From: Terriglobia bacterium
GTDB lineage: Bacteria > Acidobacteriota > Terriglobia > UBA7540
Assembly (NCBI GenBank): GCA_049583595.1
Contig: JBAUWE010000166.1
Coordinates: forward strand, 4,913 to 68,912
DNA length: 64,000 nucleotides
Direction of reading: 5' to 3'
The translations under genes and the position numbers were made by a program. Shown piece by piece: positions 46,048 to 54,248 of this stretch (position 1 is the stretch's first letter; every line of letters begins with the position of its first letter). The notes beneath the pieces are model-generated. The model was not told the DNA's origin. It worked only from the letters and a program-made list of their open reading frames with translations, and did not search any database.

Positions 46048-48525
46048 TTGCGCTGTTCCGCTCAGTTCGGGTCAGGACCGTTCAGGCGCGCCAGGATTAA
46101 CCAGCAAGAAGACGGGCAATTCTGCAACGATCACAAATTTCAGCAGCCCTTTGCACTCGAGGTAGCGGTGGCTTTGAACAACACTCCCGACCCCAGGAAC
46201 CTCCATTCGCATCCCGGCCAGACGGCCGCAAAACAGCCCGAGGTGAGCCAGAGAGAAACCCAGGCCCTCTTCGAACAGTTCTTTGAGGCGTCGCCTGACG
46301 GCGTCCTGGTGGTGAACTCGAAGGGTTTCATCACACGCGTGAACGCCCAGACAGAAAAAATGTTCGGGTACAGTCGCACAGAGTTGCAAGGCCAACCCAT
46401 CGAGGTCCTGGTTCCGGACCGTTTCCGGAAAGCACATGCAGAGTACCGCGGCAATTATCAGGACGAACCTCACATGCGCGCCATGGGCGCAGGACTGGAA
46501 CTGTTTGCCAAGCGCAGGGATGGAAGCGAATTCCCTGTTGAAATTATGCTGAGCCCCATTCGATCCGGTAAAGAATCGATGGTACTGACTGTGGTTCGCG
46601 ACATCACCCTGCGCAAGCAGGCGGAGGATGGTCTACGCACCAGCGAAGGGCAGCTCCAAAGCATTCTGGACAATTCAACCACCCTCATCTACGTCAAGGA
46701 CCTCGAAAGCCGCTATCTCCGCGTCAACCGCCGATTTGAAGAGCTTTACAACATCAAGAAGGGCCAGGCCAAAGGCAAAACCGATTACGACCTGTTCCCG
46801 AAAGAAATGGCGGAGAGCCTGAGGGCCAATGACCAGAAGGTTATTGAGGCCGGCGGCCCATTGGAATTTGAAGAAGTGGTCACCCACTCCGGCGGCATTC
46901 ACACCTACATTTCAATCAAGGTCCCTCTGTTTGACCCCCGGGGGCGGCCTTACGCAGTGGCCGGCATCTCCACCGACATTACAGAACGGAAGAAGGCCGA
47001 GGAAGCTTTGCTGCTGGAGATCAGCATGGTCCTTCTGGCGAACCTGGATGTTCGAGAGCTTTTCACCGCGATCTCGGCAACGCTTCGCCGGATCATGCCC
47101 CACGAGTACGCGTCGCTCGCTCTTTACGAGCCCGAAAGCAAGGATCTGCGTCTGCTTTCATTGGAACAGCCTGAAACGGAAACCACGCTCGGAAAAGAAA
47201 TGCTCTCACCTGCCCAGGAAGCCCTGGCGGGCCGCGTGATGAATTCCCGCCAGCAGCTGATCGTCAACGATCTTGAAAGCAGCCCCGCCAGATCCAAAGC
47301 CACCGACCGCCTGAGGACCGAAGGCGTGAAGTCCGCCTGCTTCCTGCCGCTCATCACGCAGGATCGCGTCCTTGGAACCCTGAACCTGGTGAGCCGGCAG
47401 AAAGGCGCGTTTGACCAGCAGCACGTCGATCTGCTTCAGCAGGTGACGGGCCACGTGGCCATCGCCCTGGACAACGCTCTCACTTACCGCAAAGTGGCTG
47501 AGCTGAAAGAACGGCTGGCTGAAGAGAAACTCTACCTGGAAGAAGAAATCCGCACTGAATATCATTTTGAGGAAATCATCGGCGAAAGCGGCGCCCTCAA
47601 GCGAATCCTGAAGCAGGTGGAATCCGTCGGCCCCACCAATGCCACCGTCCTGATTCTGGGCGAAACCGGTACCGGGAAGGAATTGATCGCGCGCGCCATT
47701 CACGATTTAAGTCCCCGTCGTGACCGCACTTTTGTCAAACTGAACTGTGCCGCCATACCCACAGGACTGCTGGAAAGCGAGCTGTTCGGACACGAAAAGG
47801 GGGCCTTTACCGGCGCCATCTCGCAAAAGATCGGCCGGCTGGAACTGGCCCACCAGGGAACCCTCTTCCTGGATGAGGTGGGGGACATCCCCCTTGAGCT
47901 TCAGCCCAAGCTGCTACGGGCCATTCAGGAGAAGGAATTCGAACGGCTGGGCAGTACGAGAACGATCCCTGTAGATGTTCGTCTGCTTGCGGCAACCAAC
48001 CGCGACCTAACCAGGATGGTCGCCGACCGGCAGTTCCGCAGCGACCTTTATTACCGCCTCAAGGTCTTCCCTATCACCGTTCCTCCTTTGCGGGAGCGCG
48101 CCGAAGATATTCCTATCCTGGTCCGATACTTTGCCCAGAAACATGCTGAGAGAATGCACCGGCGCTTCGAGATTATCCCACCCGAGGTCATGGAGGCGCT
48201 CACCCGCTGGCACTGGCCCGGCAACGTGCGAGAACTTGAGAATATTATCGAGCGAGCCGTCATCCTTTCTCCCGGGCCGGTTTTGCGGATTCCGCTTGCG
48301 GAACTGTCGCCCGCCGAGAGCGAAAAAGGTAACGGTCGTGGCTCCGGGACCCTGGAAGACGCCGAACGCGAACACATCCTCCGCATCCTGAGAGAGACTC
48401 GCGGAATCATCGGCGGTCCCAACGGAGCAGCTGCCCGCCTGGGGCTGAAGCGAACGACGCTGAATTCCAAGATGCGGAAGTTGGGAATTACACGGGAAGA
48501 GATCGGAAAAACGCCTTCTTCGTGA
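46048..48525 (+). CDS. sigma54-dependent transcriptional activator (PAS-PAS-GAF-AAA+-Fis HTH)
   Basis: Two PAS domains and a GAF domain. AAA+ module with GETGTGKE and the diagnostic ESELFGHEKGAFTGA motif. C-terminal HTH AARLGLKRTTLNSKMRKLGI. The start is uncertain (TTG 46048 or GTG 46168). Confidence 0.9.
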   Translation: MRCSAQFGSGPFRRARINQQEDGQFCNDHKFQQPFALEVAVALNNTPDPRNLHSHPGQTAAKQPEVSQRETQALFEQFFEASPDGVLVVNSKGFITRVNAQTEKMFGYSRTELQGQPIEVLVPDRFRKAHAEYRGNYQDEPHMRAMGAGLELFAKRRDGSEFPVEIMLSPIRSGKESMVLTVVRDITLRKQAEDGLRTSEGQLQSILDNSTTLIYVKDLESRYLRVNRRFEELYNIKKGQAKGKTDYDLFPKEMAESLRANDQKVIEAGGPLEFEEVVTHSGGIHTYISIKVPLFDPRGRPYAVAGISTDITERKKAEEALLLEISMVLLANLDVRELFTAISATLRRIMPHEYASLALYEPESKDLRLLSLEQPETETTLGKEMLSPAQEALAGRVMNSRQQLIVNDLESSPARSKATDRLRTEGVKSACFLPLITQDRVLGTLNLVSRQKGAFDQQHVDLLQQVTGHVAIALDNALTYRKVAELKERLAEEKLYLEEEIRTEYHFEEIIGESGALKRILKQVESVGPTNATVLILGETGTGKELIARAIHDLSPRRDRTFVKLNCAAIPTGLLESELFGHEKGAFTGAISQKIGRLELAHQGTLFLDEVGDIPLELQPKLLRAIQEKEFERLGSTRTIPVDVRLLAATNRDLTRMVADRQFRSDLYYRLKVFPITVPPLRERAEDIPILVRYFAQKHAERMHRRFEIIPPEVMEALTRWHWPGNVRELENIIERAVILSPGPVLRIPLAELSPAESEKGNGRGSGTLEDAEREHILRILRETRGIIGGPNGAAARLGLKRTTLNSKMRKLGITREEIGKTPSS

Positions 48526-48651
48526 CGAAATGTCGCCACCTGATTATTCGCCGTCATCGCTCCCTTCGTCACCATAGGACCTACCCCCGACCCCATGCTG
48601 CTAATCGATTGAATTTAAAACACAAATTAAGGGTTAAGAAATTTGACTCTT

Positions 48652-48666
48652 TGGAAGGTCGAGTGC
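48652..48666 (+). promoter_or_regulatory. candidate sigma54 (-24/-12) promoter
   Basis: TGGAAGGTCGAGTGC has GG and GC at the canonical 12-nt offset. An AT-rich tract precedes it. About 80 nt upstream of the CDS at 48745. Several mismatches to TGGCACG-N4-TTGC. Confidence 0.3.
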
Positions 48667-48744
48667 CTTTCGTAGGAGGGAGAACCAAGTCCGTGCGCCC
48701 TGAAAGGAAGGCGCAAGTGGACAATCGTCAGGAGAAGCAACACC

Positions 48745-49161
48745 ATGGCGGAACAAATCAATGCTCTACTGGTTCACGCTAAGGACCAGTCGTATGCCGA
48801 TTTAACGCCGGTCCTCGGGTCCCTCAGCATCAAAGTGGTCCACGCGCAAAGCTTCAGAGAGGCTTCCGTGCTGCTGAAGAAGCAGGGCGCAATCGACCTG
48901 ATTTTTACAGGGACGAATTTAGAGGGCGGTGGATGGGCTGATGTTCTGGCGCTGGCCCAGCATGCAAAGAGCTACCTCCCCGTCATAGTGGTCTCCCGAA
49001 TAGTGGACGCAGGGCTCTATCTGGATGCGCTCGGGCGAGGCGCCTTCGATTTTGTGACGCCACCATTTCTGACTTCTGATCTGGCGCACATTGTTCGTTC
49101 GGCGATTTATAGAGAACTTGTCAGCGTGAAGCAGGACTTGACGGCTCCGCCCGCAGCATAA
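48745..49161 (+). CDS. pseudo-receiver (REC-like domain lacking canonical phospho-acceptor residues)
   Basis: CheY-like fold pattern. The acidic pair is replaced (ALLVHAKDQS) and the phospho-acceptor position reads DLIFTGTNLEGGGW. Confidence 0.6.
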   Translation: MAEQINALLVHAKDQSYADLTPVLGSLSIKVVHAQSFREASVLLKKQGAIDLIFTGTNLEGGGWADVLALAQHAKSYLPVIVVSRIVDAGLYLDALGRGAFDFVTPPFLTSDLAHIVRSAIYRELVSVKQDLTAPPAA

Positions 49162-49210
49162 ATTTGATTGGAAAGTGTTTTTTTTCGGCCATGCCAGGGT
49201 TGGCAACCCA

Positions 49211-49226
49211 GGGGCAAAGAAGTAAA
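49211..49226 (+). promoter_or_regulatory. candidate sigma54 (-24/-12) promoter
   Basis: TGGCAACCCAGGGGCA. TGGCA matches the -24 element, GC sits at the correct 12-nt offset and GGGCA substitutes for TTGCA. About 130 nt upstream of the STAS gene. Confidence 0.35.
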
Positions 49227-49356
49227 GCGGGGCGGTACCGTATGGACAGGGACCCCATCGCTGACGACAGGTGAATGCGTCAGGAATCGTAATGTGTTAC
49301 GGACTCAGGAGCGGGGTACGCCGGTGAGATTTTTCTTATTCCAAGGGCGGTGAAAA

Positions 49357-49653
49357 ATGCTTAAAATAACGTTTAAGGACACGCCGGGGAGTACAAAAGT
49401 GAAACTGGAAGGTAGGCTTGCCGGACCGTGGGTCGAAGAGCTGGAGCGGAGTTGGACAGAACACTCGCCTCAAGCTTCTGAAAATGTCATAATAGATTTA
49501 TCGGATGTGACCTACATTGACCCTGAAGGGAAAAGACTCTTGGCCCGCATGGTAGACAAGGGGTTCTGCTTCGAGGGAACGAACTTAATGACAAAATATG
49601 TAATTGATGAAATTACACGTGTTGGAATACGTTCGGGTAGGAACGGAGGTTAA
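49357..49653 (+). CDS. STAS-domain protein (anti-sigma-factor-antagonist-like)
   Basis: 98 aa. ..VKLEGRLAGPWVEELE...VIIDLSDVTYIDPEGKRLL.. is a typical STAS/SpoIIAA-like pattern. Its stop lies 1 nt before the next start. Confidence 0.7.
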   Translation: MLKITFKDTPGSTKVKLEGRLAGPWVEELERSWTEHSPQASENVIIDLSDVTYIDPEGKRLLARMVDKGFCFEGTNLMTKYVIDEITRVGIRSGRNGG

Positions 49654-49654
49654 G

Positions 49655-50371
49655 ATGAGATCGCCATACGGATTGGAACTGGTCGAAGATTGCCACACCT
49701 GCTCGAACAAGGCCGACGGGTTCTTTTGTGATCTTTCTCCGGAAGGACTGAAAGCATTCGAGGCGATCAAGTACACGACTGCGTATCCCTCTGGCGCGGT
49801 GCTGTTTGTGGAAGGACAATCCGCCCAGGGTGTTTTTCTGCTCTGCAAAGGCCGCGTGAAGATCTCAATGACCTCCGCCGAAGGCAAGACACTGATTCTG
49901 AGAATCGTTAAGCCGGGAGAAATCCTGGGATTGCATGCGACGGTTTCTGACACTGCTTTTCAGGCCACCGCTGAAACTCTGGAGCCCTGCCAGGTGAACT
50001 TCATCAAACGCGACGACTTCCTGCGTCTGCTTCGGGACCATGGAGACGCCTCCATCCACGCGGCGCAGCAGTTGAGCGGCAGTTATCAGACCGCGTGCGA
50101 GCAGGTGCGCTCACTGGGTCTTTCACAGTCAGCGCCGGAAAAGCTGGCCCGCTTCCTGCTGGATTGGTCGTCTAAAGGGCAGTCTTCCAATCAGGGAATC
50201 CGGGTGAAACTCACGCTGACTCACGAGGAGATCGGCCAGATCATTGGAACTTCCCGGGAAACCGTGACGCGCACGCTGAGCGAATTCAAGTCCAAGCACC
50301 TTGCCGAGCTGAAGGGCTCGACCCTGGTGATCCAGAACAAGACCGCACTCGAAGCTTTCCTGGGCGGCTAG
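49655..50371 (+). CDS. Crp/Fnr-family transcriptional regulator
   Basis: ORF 49604..50371, start moved to ATG 49655 after GGAGG. cNMP-binding-like beta-roll (GAVLFVEGQSAQGVFLLCKGRVKIS). HTH with recognition helix SRETVTRTL, the R-E-x-x-x-R pattern seen in CRP. N-terminal C-x2-C-x8-C. Confidence 0.88.
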   Translation: MRSPYGLELVEDCHTCSNKADGFFCDLSPEGLKAFEAIKYTTAYPSGAVLFVEGQSAQGVFLLCKGRVKISMTSAEGKTLILRIVKPGEILGLHATVSDTAFQATAETLEPCQVNFIKRDDFLRLLRDHGDASIHAAQQLSGSYQTACEQVRSLGLSQSAPEKLARFLLDWSSKGQSSNQGIRVKLTLTHEEIGQIIGTSRETVTRTLSEFKSKHLAELKGSTLVIQNKTALEAFLGG

Positions 50372-50527
50372 CCCCGACAAACATCTCCACTCGCTTTGAA
50401 GCCCCTGAGACGGAAGCTCCACCTTTCCCCGGGAAGCGCTGGTGGGGTTGTCTGCACCCCGAATGAACCTCCCAAAGGTCCTGCGCGGGACCGCAGGAAA
50501 ATAAGGCTGGATTTCGTCACAATCACA

Positions 50528-50543
50528 AGTGACGCAGCTCACT
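50528..50543 (+). promoter_or_regulatory. CRP-type palindrome, second copy of the 29-nt composite motif
   Basis: AGTGACGCAGCTCACT within TCGTCACA-N7-GTGACGCAGCTCAC (50514..50542). TAAACT (-10-like) lies at 50565..50570, 32 bp from the centre. Confidence 0.45.
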
Positions 50544-50585
50544 GCCAAGCTTAGAACCCTTCTCTAAACTGTACCTAACATACCG

Positions 50586-50656
50586 CCCGGGAATCCGCCC
50601 CAGCGGCCGCCGATTTGCCCCACACGCGCCGTTCGATTCCCGGGTTTACCTTTTTT
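50586..50656 (+). terminator. long hairpin + T-tract (terminator-like)
   Basis: CCCGGGAATC (50586..50595) pairs perfectly with GATTCCCGGG (50635..50644) and is followed by TTTACCTTTTTT. Confidence 0.4.
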
Positions 50657-50693
50657 CAGGGCCTTTTACCCCTCTCCAAAACTCGTAAAGAAG

Positions 50694-50897
50694 CTATCGA
50701 CGCCCAGCCAACTTTTGCTGCAAGGCGGCAGCGCGGGCGGCCAGGGCATCCACTTTGTCCATCTTCTGGAGGTGCCTTTCGACGCTGGCATACAGGCTTA
50801 GCGTTTGCATTAGTCGCGGATAGTCCGGGCCGTAGTTATCTTCCTGGATTTTCAGCGCTCGCTCATAAAGCGGCTCGGCTTCCGAATGTTCGCTCAC
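50694..50897 (-). CDS. 67-aa TPR-repeat fragment (possible gene remnant)
   Basis: EAEPLYERALKIQEDNYGPDYPRLMQTLSLYA resembles a single TPR_12-type repeat. Far shorter than normal TPR proteins. Confidence 0.3.
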   Translation of the reverse strand: MSEHSEAEPLYERALKIQEDNYGPDYPRLMQTLSLYASVERHLQKMDKVDALAARAAALQQKLAGRR

Positions 50898-51060
50898 GCC
50901 TCAGAGCAAGCCTTCGGTCGGTAGCGAACGGCAATACACCTCGCAGCAGAGGGGCAAAGCGTGAAGCACATCGCTGGAAATTGGTACGATTTTCAAGCTC
51001 ATGCCGGCGGGAAACACCCATGCAACCTCACAAGGGCCTGTGAATAGCGGCACTCGGCAG

Positions 51061-51076
51061 GGTGATAGTCATCACT
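51061..51076 (+). promoter_or_regulatory. CRP-type palindrome upstream of the HTH-less cNMP-domain gene
   Basis: GGTGATAGTCATCACT. TAAACT (-10-like) lies at 51099..51104, 33 bp from the centre. ATG at 51128. Confidence 0.5.
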
Positions 51077-51127
51077 GCGCGCCTGTTGCCCTGCCGGGTA
51101 AACTCGCCTTAGATTGAGGGTAGTTCC

Positions 51128-51604
51128 ATGAAGAAAATCCACCCTCCTCCTGCCGGAGATCCCAAGGCGAGTAAAATGAGAAAACCTTTGCCACCTGTGG
51201 CGCTCACGGCGTTAAGGACCATTCAGACAACCCGGGTCTGCCCGAAAGGGCACGAGCTTTTCCTGGAGGGACAATCGCCGCAAGGCATCTTTATCCTCTA
51301 CGCGGGCCGCGTCGAGCTTTCCGTAACCGACGCACATGGCCGGCAGGTGGCACTGGGCACGGCGCTGCCGGGAGATGTTCTGGGACTGAGCGGGGCGTTT
51401 TCAGGAAAACACTATGAGGAAACGGCCGTGGCAGCGGTCACCTGCCGGACCGGCTTCGTCAAGTGCCCGGACTTCCTCCACTTCCTGGGCCATTATCCCG
51501 CGGCTGCCTTCTGGGTTGTCCAGTTCTTAAGCGACCGTGTAACCACCACTCTCGACCAGCTCTCCTGCATCCATCGCCAGCCGCTCAAAGGTCTTCGGCA
51601 TTAG
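51128..51604 (+). CDS. cyclic-nucleotide-binding-domain protein (Crp/Fnr-like sensor domain without HTH)
   Basis: 158 aa. Beta-roll pattern GHELFLEGQSPQGIFILYAGRVELS. It ends just after the dimerization-helix region, and no DNA-binding domain is encoded before the stop. Confidence 0.75.
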   Translation: MKKIHPPPAGDPKASKMRKPLPPVALTALRTIQTTRVCPKGHELFLEGQSPQGIFILYAGRVELSVTDAHGRQVALGTALPGDVLGLSGAFSGKHYEETAVAAVTCRTGFVKCPDFLHFLGHYPAAAFWVVQFLSDRVTTTLDQLSCIHRQPLKGLRH

Positions 51605-51645
51605 CGAAGCGGGTCAGCCCCCTCTGCGTCCGGAGTTCGGCAGCC

Positions 51646-52662
51646 TCAGTAGTGGCCTTCCTCCAGCCGCACCTTGCCGTGGAACACGCGGTGAACGTAA
51701 GTGCTGTAAACGACCACGGCCATCATGCCAAAAGCATTGGCAATCAGGGACACGCGCAGAGCATGAGGTGAAGAAGCAGCGTTGTATATGTCCAGGCTGT
51801 ACTGCGGCTGAACGGTAGAAGGAAGAAGGTTTGGAAACACCGTCAGCGCAGCGGTCAGCATCAGGGCGACGACGAGCAGCACCGAAGACCGGAAGGCGGC
51901 GTTGCTGCGGTCCGCCCCGCGTGACAAAAAGCCCCAAACCAATGCCACCAGAATAAAAAAGGGTATCACCCATGCCGCAGGATGAACCTGGAACGTGCGC
52001 GGACTGCCGGAAAGGACAATAAACGTGGCGATCGTAACCACAATCACCATCGCCACCGTGACCCACCACAGCGTGCGCGACCACCTGACGGCCCTCTCGA
52101 ACAGCGCGCCCTCTGTCTTGACCCGCAGGTAATTCGATCCGTGCCAGGCCAGGACCACCACGCTCAGAATACCCGTGAGCAGCGCATAGGGGTTCAGCAT
52201 CAGGGCAAACGTTCCCTGGAAATATCCGTCCGCGCCGATCGGCAAGCCGCGCACCACGTTCCCCAGGGCAACGCCCAGCAGCAAAGCCAGCAGGATGCTG
52301 CCGACCCAGAAACCGCCGTCCCAGAGCGTCCGCCACAGGGGATTTTTGGACTGGCTTCGAAACTCAATGGAAACACCGCGCAGGATCAGCAGCCAGAGCA
52401 CCAGCATTAAAGCCAGGTAAAAACCGCTGAAAGCCACGGCATAAACCCGCGGGAACGACACCACCATCATGCCTCCGGCGGCCAACAGCCAGACTTCATT
52501 GCCGTTCCAGACAGGCCCGATGGAATTGAGCGCCAGGCGCCGCTCATCATCGGTTTTTGCAATCCAGAGCGACATGGATCCAACTCCCAAATCATATCCG
52601 TCCAGCACGGCGTAAGCTGTTAACATCGCTCCAAGCACCCAAAACCAGATTGCGTTCATCAC
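51646..52662 (-). CDS. cydB: cytochrome bd ubiquinol oxidase subunit II
   Basis: 338 aa. N-terminus WFWVLGAMLTAYAVLDGYDLGVG is a CydB hallmark. 8-9 TM helices. Confidence 0.92.
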   Translation of the reverse strand: MMNAIWFWVLGAMLTAYAVLDGYDLGVGSMSLWIAKTDDERRLALNSIGPVWNGNEVWLLAAGGMMVVSFPRVYAVAFSGFYLALMLVLWLLILRGVSIEFRSQSKNPLWRTLWDGGFWVGSILLALLLGVALGNVVRGLPIGADGYFQGTFALMLNPYALLTGILSVVVLAWHGSNYLRVKTEGALFERAVRWSRTLWWVTVAMVIVVTIATFIVLSGSPRTFQVHPAAWVIPFFILVALVWGFLSRGADRSNAAFRSSVLLVVALMLTAALTVFPNLLPSTVQPQYSLDIYNAASSPHALRVSLIANAFGMMAVVVYSTYVHRVFHGKVRLEEGHY

Positions 52663-52757
52663 TCAGAACCTCCATCGGCAGGAATCGTTTCGAATGGTTC
52701 CTGCAACACGCCGGCCCGTGGCCGCGGCTGCTTTCTGTTAGTCCATCCGCCAAGGCG

Positions 52758-54092
52758 CTAGGCCTGCGCCGCTGTGTTTTCGTGCGGCCCGTGGTGGATG
52801 ATGCGAGCCACAAGGAACAGGAAAAGAATGCCCAGCATGGCATAAATTCCGGCAAACCCCATCGTGGTGAAGATGGTTTCTCCGGCGGCAACGTTGGCGG
52901 AAGTTCCCGCCGGCGTTTTCATCAGTCCATACACCAGCCAGGGCTGCCGGCCCACTTCAGAAACCAGCCACCCGGCCTCATTGGCAATATACGGAAAAGG
53001 AATGGTGAGCATCAGCATCCACAGGAACCAGCGGTTGGAGTGAAGCTTGCGCCTCCACAGAAGGAACAGGCCGATCAGCATCTGGGCGATAAAGATGGTT
53101 CCCAGCCCCACCATGATGTGATAGCAGTAATAAGTGAGTTCAACGGGCGGCCAGAGGTCCCTGGGATAGCTGTTCAGCCCGTCGACGGTAGCGCGAAAAT
53201 TGCCATAGGCCAGGAAGCTGAGAAATTCCGGAACGTAGATGGGATCAATCAGCTTGCCGGTTTGCGTATCCGGCATTCCGACAATGGCCAGCGGCGCGCC
53301 CTGCTCGGTTTCAAAAAGGCCTTCCATAGCGGCAAGCTTGGTGGGCTGGTATTTCACCACGCTGGCTCCGTTCAAGTCTCCGGTGGGAAACAATTGAGTC
53401 AGCGAAAGAATCACTCCGGCCACAATCGCCGTCTTCACGGACAACATGCCGAACTCCCGGTGACGGTCCGACAGAAGATAGAAGGCGCCAATGCCGCCGA
53501 TCACAAAAGCCGCTGTCAGCAACGACCCGTTGATGGTGTGGGCATATTGCCAGATGGCGTAAGGATTCAGCAGCACCGCCCAGAACGATTTCAACCGGAT
53601 GGCGCCGGAGGGGTCCATCACATAGCCCACCGGGTGCTGCATCCAGGCGTTGGTGGCAACAATAAAATATCCTGACAGCAGGGACCCGCCGGCCACGCCG
53701 AGGCCTGAAATCCAGTGGAGAGTCCTGCCCACGCGCTTCTCGCCCGCCAGAAACATCCCCAGAAATCCGGACTCCAGAAAGAACGCGTAGACGCCTTCCA
53801 GCGGCAGCGTCTGCCCGAAAACGCCGCCGCCAAAACTTGAGAAGCGACTCCAGTTGGTACCGAACTCAAACTCCAGCGGAATGCCTGAAACAACTCCCAG
53901 GGCAAAATTGACGGCAAAGATCTTGGCCCAGAACTGGGCCGCGTCGGCATAGCGTCTTTCCTTTGTCAGCAAGTGAAGGGTTGAAAAAAGGGCGATGAAA
54001 AAGCCCAGTCCCATGGTCAGAATGGGAAAAAGGTAGTGAAACATCACCGTGAAAGCGAACTGAATGCGGTGGGCAAAAACAGCTTCGTTCAT
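52758..54092 (-). CDS. cydA: cytochrome bd ubiquinol oxidase subunit I
   Basis: ORF 52758..54236, start moved to ATG 54092 after GGAGGG. Typical CydA motifs: RIQFAFTVMFHYLFP, a short Q-loop region and GWLVSEVGRQPW. Confidence 0.92.
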   Translation of the reverse strand: MNEAVFAHRIQFAFTVMFHYLFPILTMGLGFFIALFSTLHLLTKERRYADAAQFWAKIFAVNFALGVVSGIPLEFEFGTNWSRFSSFGGGVFGQTLPLEGVYAFFLESGFLGMFLAGEKRVGRTLHWISGLGVAGGSLLSGYFIVATNAWMQHPVGYVMDPSGAIRLKSFWAVLLNPYAIWQYAHTINGSLLTAAFVIGGIGAFYLLSDRHREFGMLSVKTAIVAGVILSLTQLFPTGDLNGASVVKYQPTKLAAMEGLFETEQGAPLAIVGMPDTQTGKLIDPIYVPEFLSFLAYGNFRATVDGLNSYPRDLWPPVELTYYCYHIMVGLGTIFIAQMLIGLFLLWRRKLHSNRWFLWMLMLTIPFPYIANEAGWLVSEVGRQPWLVYGLMKTPAGTSANVAAGETIFTTMGFAGIYAMLGILFLFLVARIIHHGPHENTAAQA

Positions 54093-54248
54093 AGACCCTC
54101 CCTCGGGCAGATACGGACCACGTTGGCAGCGCACGCCGGCGCCGTGAAGAGAAGAGGCCGTCGATCCAAGGGCAGGCTGGATAAAACCAACTGCCTGCCC
54201 CGGCGCGCTCCGGAAAGTGGGGGACCGGCCTGCCACCTTAACGCTGCT

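Noticed and set aside
54170-54200. GGGCAGGC...GCCTGCCC hairpin between ackA and cydA
   Set aside because: The 15-nt loop is followed by only a weak T-rich segment (TTGGAT). It is a possible attenuator or terminator, but too weak to call.
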